Assembly (NCBI GenBank): GCA_963677765.1
Contig: OY782392.1
Span: forward strand, 840,001 to 872,000
Direction of reading: 5' to 3'
Source: Candidatus Saccharimonadota bacterium
GTDB taxonomy: Bacteria; Patescibacteriota; Gracilibacteria; BD1-5; UBA6164
Length of the DNA stretch: 32,000 bases
Made by a program: the position numbers and the translations under genes. The notes below the pieces were generated by a model. That model made no database searches and was not told the origin of the DNA. It was given only the letters and a program-made list of their open reading frames with translations. Of the stretch, positions 10,946-21,545 are shown piece after piece (positions within the stretch are counted from its first letter, which is position 1; each line of letters opens with the position of its first letter).

Positions 10946-12887
10946 ATTTTTGTAATAAATATCATCTTAATTCTTGATAATAATAATTATCACTATTTTC
11001 TTTTTCAATATAGTCTTTATTTTTTATGTCTATGTTTTCTATTATTAATTTATATCATTCTATATCAAAAATTAATTTTTCATTATCTATATTATTATAT
11101 CTTCAATCATATTCATAATTTGATATTATATCTAATATATCTTCTATATTTATAAGTGTTTTGTTTCAAGAAATACTTAATTCTATATTTTTAGTATCCA
11201 TATTTGCATATGCCCAATCACTTCATTCTTCTTTTGCTTTATTGTTATAACTATTTATAGAGTAGATTCTAGTATATCAACTTAAATCTATTGGAAATAT
11301 ATTATTTTTAGAGTTATAAGTTATAGGTGTAAATGTTTCTGGTTCATAGTCGTAATAACCTATAAGTTTTATCTCTTCTTTTATATAGTTTACTATTTGG
11401 TATTGTCTTGGTTCTTTGTATTCATAATATTTACTCATGTCTTCTATTTTTTCTTTTTGTTTTTCTTCATTATCAGGATATTTTTCTTTTGTTCTTTTTA
11501 TAAATTCTTGATAATTTTCTTCAGCTTCTTTTTTTTGTTTTTCTACTAATTCATTATATTTTTCATCGAATAATTCTTTTATTTTATTACAATTATCAAA
11601 ATCACATAAATAATCTATTCATGAGTATATATCTTTTGATAACTCTTTATCAATATCATATTTACTTTTTAGGGCTACAATTTTTTCTCATTGAAGTATA
11701 TTTGCTTTTTCTAAGTTAGTTACTAATCTATCATATTGTCTTGAAACTGGTAAATTATATACTCACCAAGGTCATATAGATATTATAATCGTAAATATTG
11801 TTAATATAGTTGTTATAAAACTTAAATATTTTCTTTTAGAAAAAATTAGATAAATTGATATAATAAATAGCCATAGACCAAAAACCACTACAAAATATCT
11901 ATTTACAGTTAAGTCATATTGATTTATTCTCAGATATATAGCATATGCTAACATAAATATTTGAGGAATAACTGCATATGGGAAATATTTTCTAAATAGT
12001 TTTATGAATTTATTTTTTTCTTCAAAAATATATGAGAAAATATAAATTATATAACCAAAAGTAGAAAAACCAATAACTAACCAACTTACTTCTCATTTTG
12101 GCCAATCTCAAAAATTTGATAATACTTTAATACTATAAGCATATAGTATTAAAAAATATACATATATAAAAGGTATAGCTATATATTTTATCAAAAATGA
12201 GAAAAATATATTTTCATTGAAATAACTATTATTGTATTCTTCTTTTTTGGGTACTTGTATAAGAGCATATGTAGGAGTAATAAGACATAATGCTGTTATC
12301 ATCCAATTGGCTATTATTTTATAGTCATTATATGAGATATCAAATAATTCAAATGTAGCAAATATTGCTATATTTCATAATAAGACTAATAATCAACCTA
12401 GTATAAATGAAACAAGAAAAATAGTTGAAAATTTATAAAAATATGTGTAGTAAATATTTTGTTCTAATTTTTTTTCTTTTAAATTTTTAATATATGGTGC
12501 AAAAAATAAAAATGATATAATTCAAGTTAATGTTAGTATAAAAAATACAATATTTTCAAAACTATCTAAATCTGTATTAAATCATATAAAAAATAAAACT
12601 GTAAAAATTATAACAGGTATTTGTAATAATATCTTTTTTATTCAGTTAATTCAATAATTTTCTGTACTTAAATATACTCACAAACTAAGAAAAAATCATA
12701 TTATTCAACTAAAAATAAACCTAGATATATTTTGCTCTGATTCATTTGATAAATCAAAGTTTACCAAAGAGTAAAATAATCAAGCTATAATTATCATAAA
12801 TAAAAATGATATAGGAAACCTTGAAAAACTATCTTTTATATTTTTTTTGAGAAAATTGAAACTCAAAAATGAAAATAATTTTTTCAT
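10944..12887 (-). CDS. Large polytopic membrane protein with a soluble C-terminal domain, 647 aa (DUF4153-like, tentative)
   Basis: ATG at 12887, TAA at 10946-10944. I checked all 648 codons and found no in-frame TAA/TAG. The N-terminus MKKLFSFLSFNFLKKNIKDSFSRFPISFLFMIIIAG is followed by about 10 hydrophobic segments. The C-terminal ~230 aa are hydrophilic. The family assignment is from memory of the N-terminal pattern only. Confidence 0.75.
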
Positions 12888-12952
12888 ATAAATATAAGTT
12901 ATTAAATAAATTACATTTATTATAGTATTTTTATATTTGAAAGCTAATTATT

Positions 12953-13441
12953 TTAGTTTTCTATATCTTCTAAATTTATATATTCATAATTAAATCATAG
13001 ATGATTTAAAAATTTTTCTACACAATTTATACTTAAAACAGTAGTATTATCATTTTGTCATGGATGAAATCAAATAGTAGAATTTTTTAATTCTATATCA
13101 AAAAGAACTTTTATATTTTTTTCTTTGTTGTTAACTAGAGCAAAAGGACTTACATGTCATGGATCTACTCATATTAATTCATTCATTAGTTCTTTTGTTG
13201 TAAAACTTATTTTATTTTCTTTCAAAATTTTTCTTAGTTTATTACTATCTAGTTTCTTTTTATCTCACAAAACAAGCATATATATATTTGTTTTGTGTTT
13301 ATTTCTAAGTAATAATGATTTTACTCTTTCTCAAGGGATATCTATTCATTTCGCATCTTCGCAAGTAAATGCTGGTAAGTGTTCATAGTTATTATATTTT
13401 ATTTCTAATTCGTCTAATATTTTAAATATAGTATCTTTCAT
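12953..13441 (-). CDS. YbaK/ProX-type aminoacyl-tRNA editing (deacylase) domain protein, 162 aa
   Basis: Translation: MKDTIFKILDELEIKYNNYEHLPAFTCEDAKGI...VKSLLLRNKHKTNIYMLVLGDKKKLDSNKLRKIL...GVDPGHVSPFALVNN...IGFHPGQNDNTTVL. This matches YbaK/ProX motifs. All codons checked. Confidence 0.8.
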
Positions 13442-13496
13442 TTTTAAATTTATTATAGAAATATTTATTTATAATATATTTTTTACTTTTTATTTC

Positions 13497-13724
13497 AAAT
13501 TTAAACTTAATTTAAAGTTAGTAATTATTATCCATATATCTTTTAAAAAGATGCTTTAAATTGATTTAAAATAAATTTTGAAATTTAAACTTAATTTAAA
13601 GTTAGTAATTATTATCTATATATCTTTTAAAAAGATGCTTTAAATTGATTTAAAATAAATTTTGAAATTTAAACTTAATTTAAAGTTAGTGATTATTATT
13701 TATATATCTTTTTAAGATACTTTT
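13497..13724. repeat. Tandem 84-bp repeat: two full units (13497-13580 and 13581-13664, 83/84 identical) plus a ~60-nt partial third unit
   Basis: Read directly from the sequence. The unit is aaatttaaacttaatttaaagttagtaattattatccatatatcttttaaaaagatgctttaaattgatttaaaataaattttg. Each unit starts with TTTAAAC and TTTAAAG spaced 11 bp apart. It is intergenic, just upstream of the ATG at 13745. Confidence 0.9.
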
Positions 13725-13744
13725 ATATTTTTAATTTTAATATT

Positions 13745-14878
13745 ATGAAAAATACAACTAAATTATTAGCAGGAATTACTGCTACAATGTTAATAGCTTC
13801 ATCTATATCTGGAGTTAATGCTATGAATGGACAATGACAATGAAATGGTCAAGGTCAACAAAAATGAAAAATGGAACAACAAGATTCTATGCAAAAATCT
13901 TCTCATAATCCAGCTGATGTTATAGCTGATATAGAAATGTCTGATTTAAGTGAAACTGAAAGAAATAATTTGATTTATAGTTATGCTGAAGAAACATTAG
14001 CTCATGATATGTATATGTTTTTTTATGAATTATATGGAACAAATACATTTTTAAATATTGCTAATAGTGAATCAGAACATCAAGCAGCTGTAAAATCTTT
14101 ACTAGATAGATATAATATAGATATTCCAAGTGATTATGGTGAATTAAATGATGAATTTGAAGAATTAAAAGCTAAGGGTGAATTATCTTTGAAAGATGCT
14201 TTAGAAGTAGGAGTTTCTATAGAAATTTTAGATATAGAAGATATAGCTCAAACAATTATAGAAACTGATAATGATGATATAAAAGCAGTATTTGTAAATA
14301 TCTGATGAGCTTCATATAACCATTTAAGATGATTTGTATCTGCTTTAAATAATAATAGTTTAACTACAGACTTAGATTATAATCAATATTTAACTGATGA
14401 AGAAATAGCTGATAAAAATATAATCATCAAACAAAAAATGGCTGAAAAAGTAATTTCTGCTTGAGTAGTATTACCAGAAGGTTTTTCTCCAGAAGATATT
14501 GTTGCTAAATGTGAAGCTGAAAATGCAGCAAAAGGTGAAAAATGACAAGGTTCTAATTGACAATGAAATGCTCAATGACAAGCTAAAGGCTCAGGAAATG
14601 GTAACAAAGGAGGGAACTCTTATGCAAATGCAAATAATAATAAATATATAAATGATAATGTAATTGCTACAAAAAATAGATATAAAGATGATATTTCAAC
14701 TAAGTATTGAAATACTATATCAAAAATATCTGATACTAATTTAGAAAATTTAATTTCTAGAATTGATGAATCTATAGAGTCTATAAATAATTCTTTATAT
14801 AGTGACTCTGTAAAAGAAAAATATACTTCTATATTATTAGCATTGAGAGAATTAACTATTTATAATTTATCTAATTAA
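13745..14878 (+). CDS. Secreted DUF2202 (ferritin-like) domain protein with Gly/Gln/Asn low-complexity segments, 377 aa
   Basis: Signal peptide MKNTTKLLAGITATMLIASSISGVNA. DUF2202-like core: LSETERNNLIYSYAEETLAHDMYMFFYELYGTNTFLNIANSESEHQAAVKSLLDRYNIDIP. Low-complexity NGQGQGNGQGQQKGK and KGEKGQGSNGQGNAQGQAKGSGNGNKGG. TAA at 14876-14878. Confidence 0.85.
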
Positions 14879-14900
14879 TTTAAAGTTTATTTAAACTTAA

Positions 14901-14936
14901 AAGTTATTATACTAATTATTGTATAATAACTTTTTT
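14901..14936 (+). terminator. Rho-independent terminator
   Basis: Stem aagttattata pairs with tataataactt around a 10-nt loop, followed by a T-run. The 12-mer atttaaacttaa (14889-14900), identical to the core of the 84-bp repeat, sits just before it. Confidence 0.7.
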
Positions 14937-14948
14937 AATAATATTTTT

Positions 14949-15611
14949 ATGAAAGTACTAATAATAGAAGACCATCCAAAAATAAGAGAAAACATTTCAA
15001 AGTATTTTAAAATCATATGATATACAATAGAAGAGTCTTATAATTGAGAAGACGCATTATTAAAAGTATCAACTTGAAATTATGATGTTTTAATATTGGA
15101 TGTTAATATGCCTATAATGAATTGAAAAGATTTTTTAAAAATAATAAGATCAAAATGATTTAATACCCCTGTTCTAGCACTTACATCAAATTCTAGCTTA
15201 GATGATAAAGTTGAAATGTATGAATTATGAGTAGACGATTATTTAACAAAACCTTTTGAATTAAAAGAGTTAGAAATTAGAGTTAATTCATTATTAAAAA
15301 GAAAGGATAAAAAAATTGATGAAGTTTATTCTTATTGAGATTATAAAATTAATTATAGTATTCATAAGTTTTATTTTAATTGAAATGAACTAACTTTGTC
15401 TAATAAAGAGTATCTTATAATAGAGTTTTTATTAAAAAATAAATGATATCCAAAAAGTAAAAATCAGATTTTGGAAAAAGTATGGTGAGAGTTGGAAGAA
15501 AACTTAGATATATCTAGTACAACATTGGAGTCTCATATATCTACAATAAGAAAAAAAACTAATAAGGATTTTATAAAAACTATAAAATGAGTTTGATATA
15601 TTATTGAATAA
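14949..15611 (+). CDS. OmpR/PhoB-family response regulator, 220 aa
   Basis: Receiver domain MKVLIIEDHPKIREN...YDVLILDVNMPIMNGKDFL...[30 protein letters not shown]. Winged helix LSNKEYLIIEFLLKNKGYPKSKNQILEKVWGE...TLESHISTIRKK...IKTIKGVGYIIE. All codons checked. Confidence 0.95.
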
Positions 15612-15622
15612 TAAAATAAAAA

Positions 15623-16465
15623 ATGAAAATTTCAAAAGAACATAGTATAGCATTAAAAATAAGTCTATCTTTATTTATAATAGCTTTTATAATAACATAT
15701 TTTATATGATATTATAATCATAATTTTTCTGTTCAATCATACTGACAAAATTGAAAGTTTTTTGCTTTTAATAATATAAAATACTATATATTTATAGTTC
15801 TTAGTATATTTATTTATTTTGTTTCTTATGTATTGGCAAAAATAACTATAAAACCTATTGAAGATGCCAATAAATTGCTTAAAGAATTTAATCATAACTT
15901 AGCTCATGAGATAAAAACTCCAATATCTATTATAAAATCTAATATGGAGCTTTTGAATTTATCATATGAAAAGAAACTTGTTGATTCAAGTATTGAAGAA
16001 TTAAATACTATAACAGAAATTACAGATTGACTATTATTTTTGAGTGAGAAATCTACAAATATAAGTAAAGAAAAACTTTTATTAAATGATATAATAAAAA
16101 AATATAATTCAGATTTTATTATTATAAATGAAGAAGGGGAATTTTATGTTAATGCTAATTCTGTATTGATAAATAGAATGATAGATAATATATTATCAAA
16201 TGCACAAAAATATAGTATAGATTGAACTAAAATAATAATAAATATAACAAGTAATAAAATATCTATAATAAACGATATAGAAAAAACTATAATTGAAGAA
16301 AATTTATTGAAATTATTTAATACATTTTTTCAATTAGACAATTCTAGAAATAAAAAAGGGTATTGATTATGACTTAGTATTGCTATGAAAATAAGTAATA
16401 TTCATAATATTAAATTAGATTTAAAATCATATGATAATAAATTTGAAGTTATTATAAAAAAATAA
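15623..16465 (+). CDS. Sensor histidine kinase (two TM helices, HisKA + HATPase_c), 280 aa
   Basis: H-box FNHNLAHEIKTPISII, N-box MIDNILSNAQKYS, G-box GYGLGLSIA (both Gly of GYG are TGA). Starts 12 nt after the response regulator. Confidence 0.9.
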
Positions 16466-16466
16466 A

Positions 16467-16497
16467 AGATAGATTTTCAAAATCTATCTTTTATTTT
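16467..16497. terminator. Bidirectional terminator between convergent genes
   Basis: Stem agatagatt pairs with aatctatct around a 5-nt loop, with A/T runs on both sides. Confidence 0.7.
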
Positions 16498-17917
16498 AAT
16501 TATCTATTATTTTGAATAAATCTATTTCTATAGAATTTTTATTATCAATATATATTCATAATTCATTATTATTAATATATTCTTTATATCAATCTATTTT
16601 TTTATTTGTTACTACAAAGTTTGTCAAAGAATATTCTCATTCTTGATTTACATTTTTATAATATAAATCTCAAAATGCTTCTAGCATAGTGTTTAAAACT
16701 TTTTTAGAAAAATCACTTTTTAATTCTTTATCAGTAATAAGGTTTATATATATTTTATCACTAATTTTATTTAAGTTTTCAAAAAACTCATAAGTCAAAG
16801 TTTGAGGTGCTAAACTATTTCATACATATATATCTATAACTATAGAATCATATTTTATATTGTTTTTTATAGAATTGTTTATAAAAAATCTTGATGGAAC
16901 TGGATTAAAAACTACTTTTTTATTTAATTCTTCTTGTAAGAAATACTTTTCACTTATATTTTTTAAGCTTTTATCAACATCTACTACATCAATATTTTCT
17001 ACAAATTCTTTTTTTGATAGCTCATTTGGTAAGGTAAAACCAGCTCATCAAATGATTAAAATATTCTTATCGGAATTATTTATTATTTGATTTTTAATTT
17101 CTATTATATATTTAAAAAAACTTTCTTTTTTATCTACCAAAATTCAAGATGCAAATCAATTATTTTGTAAAAATAATCTTCTTCAATCAGATGTCTCTAT
17201 AACTTGAATATTATGATATGAATTTGCATGTTCATATATTATTCATGGATTTAGTCTTTTATCAGAAGATAAAATAGTTAATGCTATTAAAAATATAAAA
17301 GTAGATAATACTGTTAATTTTGTTATGTTTTTATATGTTATTGAAACTATAACTATAGCTAAAAAACTTAGTATAGCTATATTAAATACTGCTGACTTTT
17401 CTACTCATAAATATGCAAATAACATAGTTGAAGTTAATACAGATCATAAAAAAGACCCTATAGTTGAGAAAAATAATAATTTTCAAATTTTTTCTCAAGT
17501 ATTATTTCATTTTAGTAATTCAGATAATAGAGGTATTGTTTGACTTGCTAAAAAAACTGGTATAAAAAACAATATAAATGAACTTAGTAATATAGACACA
17601 AAATAGTTTTGAGTAGTTTCTATAAGATAAACTAAAATATATTTATCAAATATAAAAGTTATAAATAAATAAAATATAGCAGCTATAGTTAGGTTTAAAG
17701 CAACTCTATATCATATTTGATTTATTGTTTTATCTTTGCTTATTTTTCAACCAATATAATATCAATATGAAAGAGCTAATAATATCACTCATAGAATTAT
17801 AGAAGTAGATATTGAATTTGTACCTATTATTGGAGTAAAATTTCTTATAGCTATAATTTCTATAGATAGTGTAGTAAATCATTCTAAAAATGATATTAAA
17901 TATATAAGTAATTGCAT
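16496..17917 (-). CDS. Membrane-anchored spermidine/spermine synthase-like protein (fused polytopic N-domain + SAM-dependent aminopropyltransferase-like domain), 473 aa
   Basis: About 7 N-terminal TM helices. Then NSYHNIQVIETSDGRRLFLQNNGFASG, ILIIGGAGFTLP (Gly-rich SAM loop, partly TGA), VDVVDVD and YDSIVIDIYVG. All 474 codons checked. The ATG at 17917 lies 1 nt after the HK stop. Confidence 0.85.
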
Positions 17918-17918
17918 T

Positions 17919-19193
17919 TTATTTAAAGGTTATTTTTATATTAGTTCACTCATTTAATTTTGAATTTATTTCAATTTTCCAATTAAATTTATCACATATT
18001 TTTTTTACAATAGTCATTCATAATCAATTTCATTGTTCATTATATATATTTGAATCTCTATTTCTATAAAATCTAGAATAAATTTTATTTATTTCATCAC
18101 AACTTATTCAAATTCATTTATCAATTATCTCAACAGTTTTTTCATCTATCACTATATCAATTTCATTTCATCAATCATTATAATAAATAGCGTTTGATAT
18201 TAAATTTCAAAATAATCTATCTAAATAATAACTATTATTTTCTATTTTTAAATCAAAATTTTTAATTATATTTATTTTTATATTTTTACTATCTGCTAAG
18301 CTATAATATTCTTCTACAAGTTTTTCTAAATATTCTCATAATTCTATATTTTGAATTTTTATAATCTTTTCATCTCATCTTAAAATAAATCACAAATTAG
18401 ATATAATTTTATTAATATTTTGAGTAGATTTTTTTATATTTTCTAATTTATTTTTTATTTTTGGATCATCTATTTTATCTTCTATTAACTCTATATTAGT
18501 TTCTATCTGCATTAGAGGTGTTTTAAGTTCATGATTAGTATCTTGAATAAAACTTTTTTGTGACTCTAAATTATCTTTTACTTTTGCTATAAAGCTATTT
18601 AAAGAATCTGTTATTTGTCATATTTCAGAACTTCAATATTTATTTATTATAAATTTTTTATCACTATTTATTTCATAATCTTTAATATAGTTTGATAATT
18701 TTATTAATGGCTTTAGCATTCTATTTGTTACAAAATAAGAAATAAAAAATGCTATAAATAGTCAAAAAATATTTAATACTAAAGTAGTATCAATTATATA
18801 TTTTTTAATTCATACTAAATCTCTTATATTTTTTCATATAAGTATATTATATCATCTATAATCTCATCTAAATATATAGTTATCACTATATACATAAGAT
18901 CATAATTTATAATTTTCTATAATATTTTTATCATCAAGTCATATAAATAAAAATAATCATTTATTTGCGAGATTTTCTTCTTCCTGCTCAGTTAAATCAA
19001 TTATATTATTTTCAGAATTATCTATAATATCCATTATATTATTGTACTCTATGGATATATTTCTTTGCATGTTGTTGATAAATGACTTTTCAACAAAGAT
19101 ATATAAAAAAGTAGCAAATAAATTAGTTATAATTATTATAAAAAATCAAAATGATAGAAATATTCTTGTTTTTATTCAAAATTTAGATTTCAT
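17919..19193 (-). CDS. Sensor histidine kinase (two TM helices, HAMP-like linker, HisKA, HATPase_c), 424 aa
   Basis: H-box FIQDTNHELKTPLMQIE, N-box LFGNLISNAIYYN, G boxes IIDKGIGIS and GNGLGMTIVKKI. All codons checked. Its ATG (19193) overlaps the response regulator stop by 11 nt. Confidence 0.9.
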
Positions 19194-19869
19194 TGTTTTC
19201 AAATTTAAATCATATTCATCTAACTGTTTTTATTGGGTCATGTTTAAATCATGAATTTATTTTTTTTCTAAGAGATTGTACATGAGTTCTTGTTACATCT
19301 GACCAAATATCATTATTTATTCACCATATATATTCAAGTAATTCATGTTTAGGAACTACTTTTTCCTTATTTTTCATAAGATATTCAAGTATAATAAACT
19401 CTTTTGGTGTTAAACTTATATTTTTTTCTCATCTTTTAACTTCTTTTAAATCTAGGTTAAGCTCTATATCTCATACTATTATTTTATTTATTTCTAGTAT
19501 ATTAGAATTTTGATTTCTTTTTAGAAGGTTTCTTATTCTTAAAACTAATTCTTTTAGCTTGAAAGGTTTTGTTAAATAATCATCTCATCATGAATTAAAT
19601 CATTCTTCTTTGCTTTCTAAATCTTCCTTTGCTGTAAGAAATATTATAGGGCTATTATTTCATAATTCTCTCAGTTCTTTTGCTATTTGAAATCAATCTT
19701 TTTTTGGGAGCATTACATCTAATATATATAAATCATATTTATTTTTCATAGCTTCTTTAATTCATGATTCTCAGTCTTTTTCTAAATTTACTATAAAGTT
19801 ATTTTCTTCCAAATATTCTTTTATATTTGGTCATATAATATGATCATCTTCTATAATTAATATTTTCAT
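19183..19869 (-). CDS. OmpR/PhoB-family response regulator, 228 aa
   Basis: Receiver domain MKILIIEDDHIIGPNIKEYL...YDLYILDVMLPKKDGFQIAKELR...[30 protein letters not shown]. Winged helix LTPKEFIILEYLMKNKEKVVPKHELLEYIWG...VQSLRKKI...IKTVRGIGFKF. All codons checked. Confidence 0.95.
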
Positions 19870-19938
19870 AATTATTATTGATATTATTTAAATTTATTAC
19901 TTAATTATATTTACAAAGTAATAATTTCAATTTATTAT

Positions 19939-20073
19939 AAAAAATTAACGATTTCTTAACATAAAAAAATATATTTTTTTCTTTTTTTTCTTTATTTTAG
20001 CTATTACTAAGTATATTTAAAAAAATTAACGAATAAAACATTTATTCTTAACGCTTTCTTTACATTACATAAT
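19939..20073. promoter_or_regulatory. Divergent intergenic control region with repeated AAAAAATTAACGA / TTCTTAAC motifs and a candidate sigma70-type promoter
   Basis: TTAAC occurs at 19945, 19956, 20026 and 20048, giving spacings of 11 and 22 bp. The 13-mer aaaaaattaacga occurs twice (19939-19951, 20020-20032). Candidate -35 TTCTTA (20045-20050), 17-nt spacer, -10 CATAAT (20068-20073). Confidence 0.4.
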
Positions 20074-20111
20074 TATACTCAGTCATGTATTTATATTTTT
20101 TAACTAAATTT

Positions 20112-21023
20112 ATGAATAAAAGATTAATTATATTAATTATTAGTTTTTTATTATTTGTACCAAGTTTATATTCTTTTGATGCTAATATTAGTTCTAGTTC
20201 TAAAGAAATCTATCTAAATCAAAAATTTACTTTGAATTTGAAAATAGATTTACAAGACTCTGACAATATAAATATAAATAGAATAAAAGGAATAGAAAAT
20301 TTTGAGGTCTTATGAAAAAGTCAATCTCAACAAAGTGATTATAGAACTACTATTATTAATTGAAAAGCAGATACAATTTCAAGACAAATAATAAATATGA
20401 CTTATGTTTTGAAGTCAAAAAATGCTTGAGAATATACTATTTGACCATTTGTTTTATCTGATGGGCAAAAAATAATAGAAACTAATAGTATTGATTTAAA
20501 AATTTTAAATAGTTTTTTTGATAATAAAACTGAAAATAATAAAAAAGAAAATAAAGTTTTATATAAGGGGTTAAATTATAACTATATTTTATACTTTTTA
20601 TTACCATTGGTATTATTAACTATATTAATTATTTATACATATTATAAAAATAGAGAAAAATTTAAATCTGATATAAATCTTATTGTAAATAAATTTAGCA
20701 AAAAAAATAATATAAATACAGCTGATAAATTTATGGATAAAAAAATGGATGATTTTGAAAAAAATCAAACTATAGAGTATCCAAAAATTGATGATCAAGA
20801 TTTTATAAAAAAAATAGATAATATTGTAAAACAAAAATTACAAAAAAAATATAATATAAAGGGAATTAAAAAATTAACATATACACAAATATTGGAAAAT
20901 CTTGATCATAATTTATCAGATAGAGAAATAGTTAAAAATATATTTGATATGATAACTAAGTTAAAGTATTCAAATATTTTGATAAGTAAGAGTCAATTAA
21001 TAGAGTTAATAAAAAAGATTTAA
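20112..21023 (+). CDS. BatD-like protein (signal peptide, beta-rich ectodomain, TM helix, cytoplasmic tail), 303 aa
   Basis: Signal peptide MNKRLIILIISFLLFVPSLYS. Ectodomain motif MTYVLKSKNAGEYTIGPFVL, as in BatD. TM helix ILYFLLPLVLLTILIIY. An in-frame ATG at 20085 is an alternative start. Confidence 0.65.
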
Positions 21024-21045
21024 GATTAAGTATTAAAATATAAAA

Positions 21046-21390
21046 ATGAAGAGAAACGCAATATTGATATTTTTAATTGTTTTTACTACATTTACATATG
21101 ATGTAAGTGCTAGTTATAATTCAAATTGATTAAAAAATATTGAAACTCCAAAAACATCTTGATATATATGAGTTAATAATAGAAAAACTAATAGTTATAC
21201 TACAAAAAAAGAAAAGGATAATAATAAAAAATTAAAAGTAACAAAAAAAGATTTAAAACAAGAAATAAAAAAAAGAAAAAAATACCATAGAAGTTTACTT
21301 AGTACTTATAATCAATCTTTTAAACAAGAACATTTAGATATGTTAGCATTTAACTCTAAGAGAATTAGTGAGCTTAAAAAACTTTTATAA
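21046..21390 (+). CDS. Hypothetical secreted, Lys-rich small protein, 114 aa
   Basis: Signal-like N-terminus MKRNAILIFLIVFTTFTYDVSA. All codons checked; TAA at 21388-21390. Confidence 0.55.
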
Positions 21391-21545
21391 TAATTTTTTA
21401 ATATTACAAACATGAAAAATAAAAAAAATAATACTTTTTTGGCAAATAAAAGTGACAAATGATTAAATAACACTAAAGTAAGTAAAGTTAAAAATGAAAT
21501 TAAAATAAAATATATTTAATTTTTTAGAATTTAAAATTATTAAAA

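Noticed and set aside
13497-13724. 84-bp repeats as a CRISPR array
   Set aside because: The units are directly abutting with no unique spacers. The unit length is far above CRISPR repeat size. There are only 2.7 copies, and no cas genes are nearby.
20085-20111. Upstream in-frame ATG at 20085 as the start of the batD-like gene (as in the ORF track)
   Set aside because: ATG 20112 gives a canonical signal peptide (MNKRLIILIISFLL...). ATG 20085 would lie only about 12 nt from the predicted -10 box. It is kept as an alternative and not excluded.
21412-21519. 35-codon ORF (MKNKKNNTFLANKSDKGLNNTKVSKVKNEIKIKYI) between the secreted Lys-rich gene and moxR
   Set aside because: It is too short and too low-complexity to separate from chance in AT-rich DNA, and it has no motif. 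I left it unannotated. Ribo-seq or conservation data could revive it.
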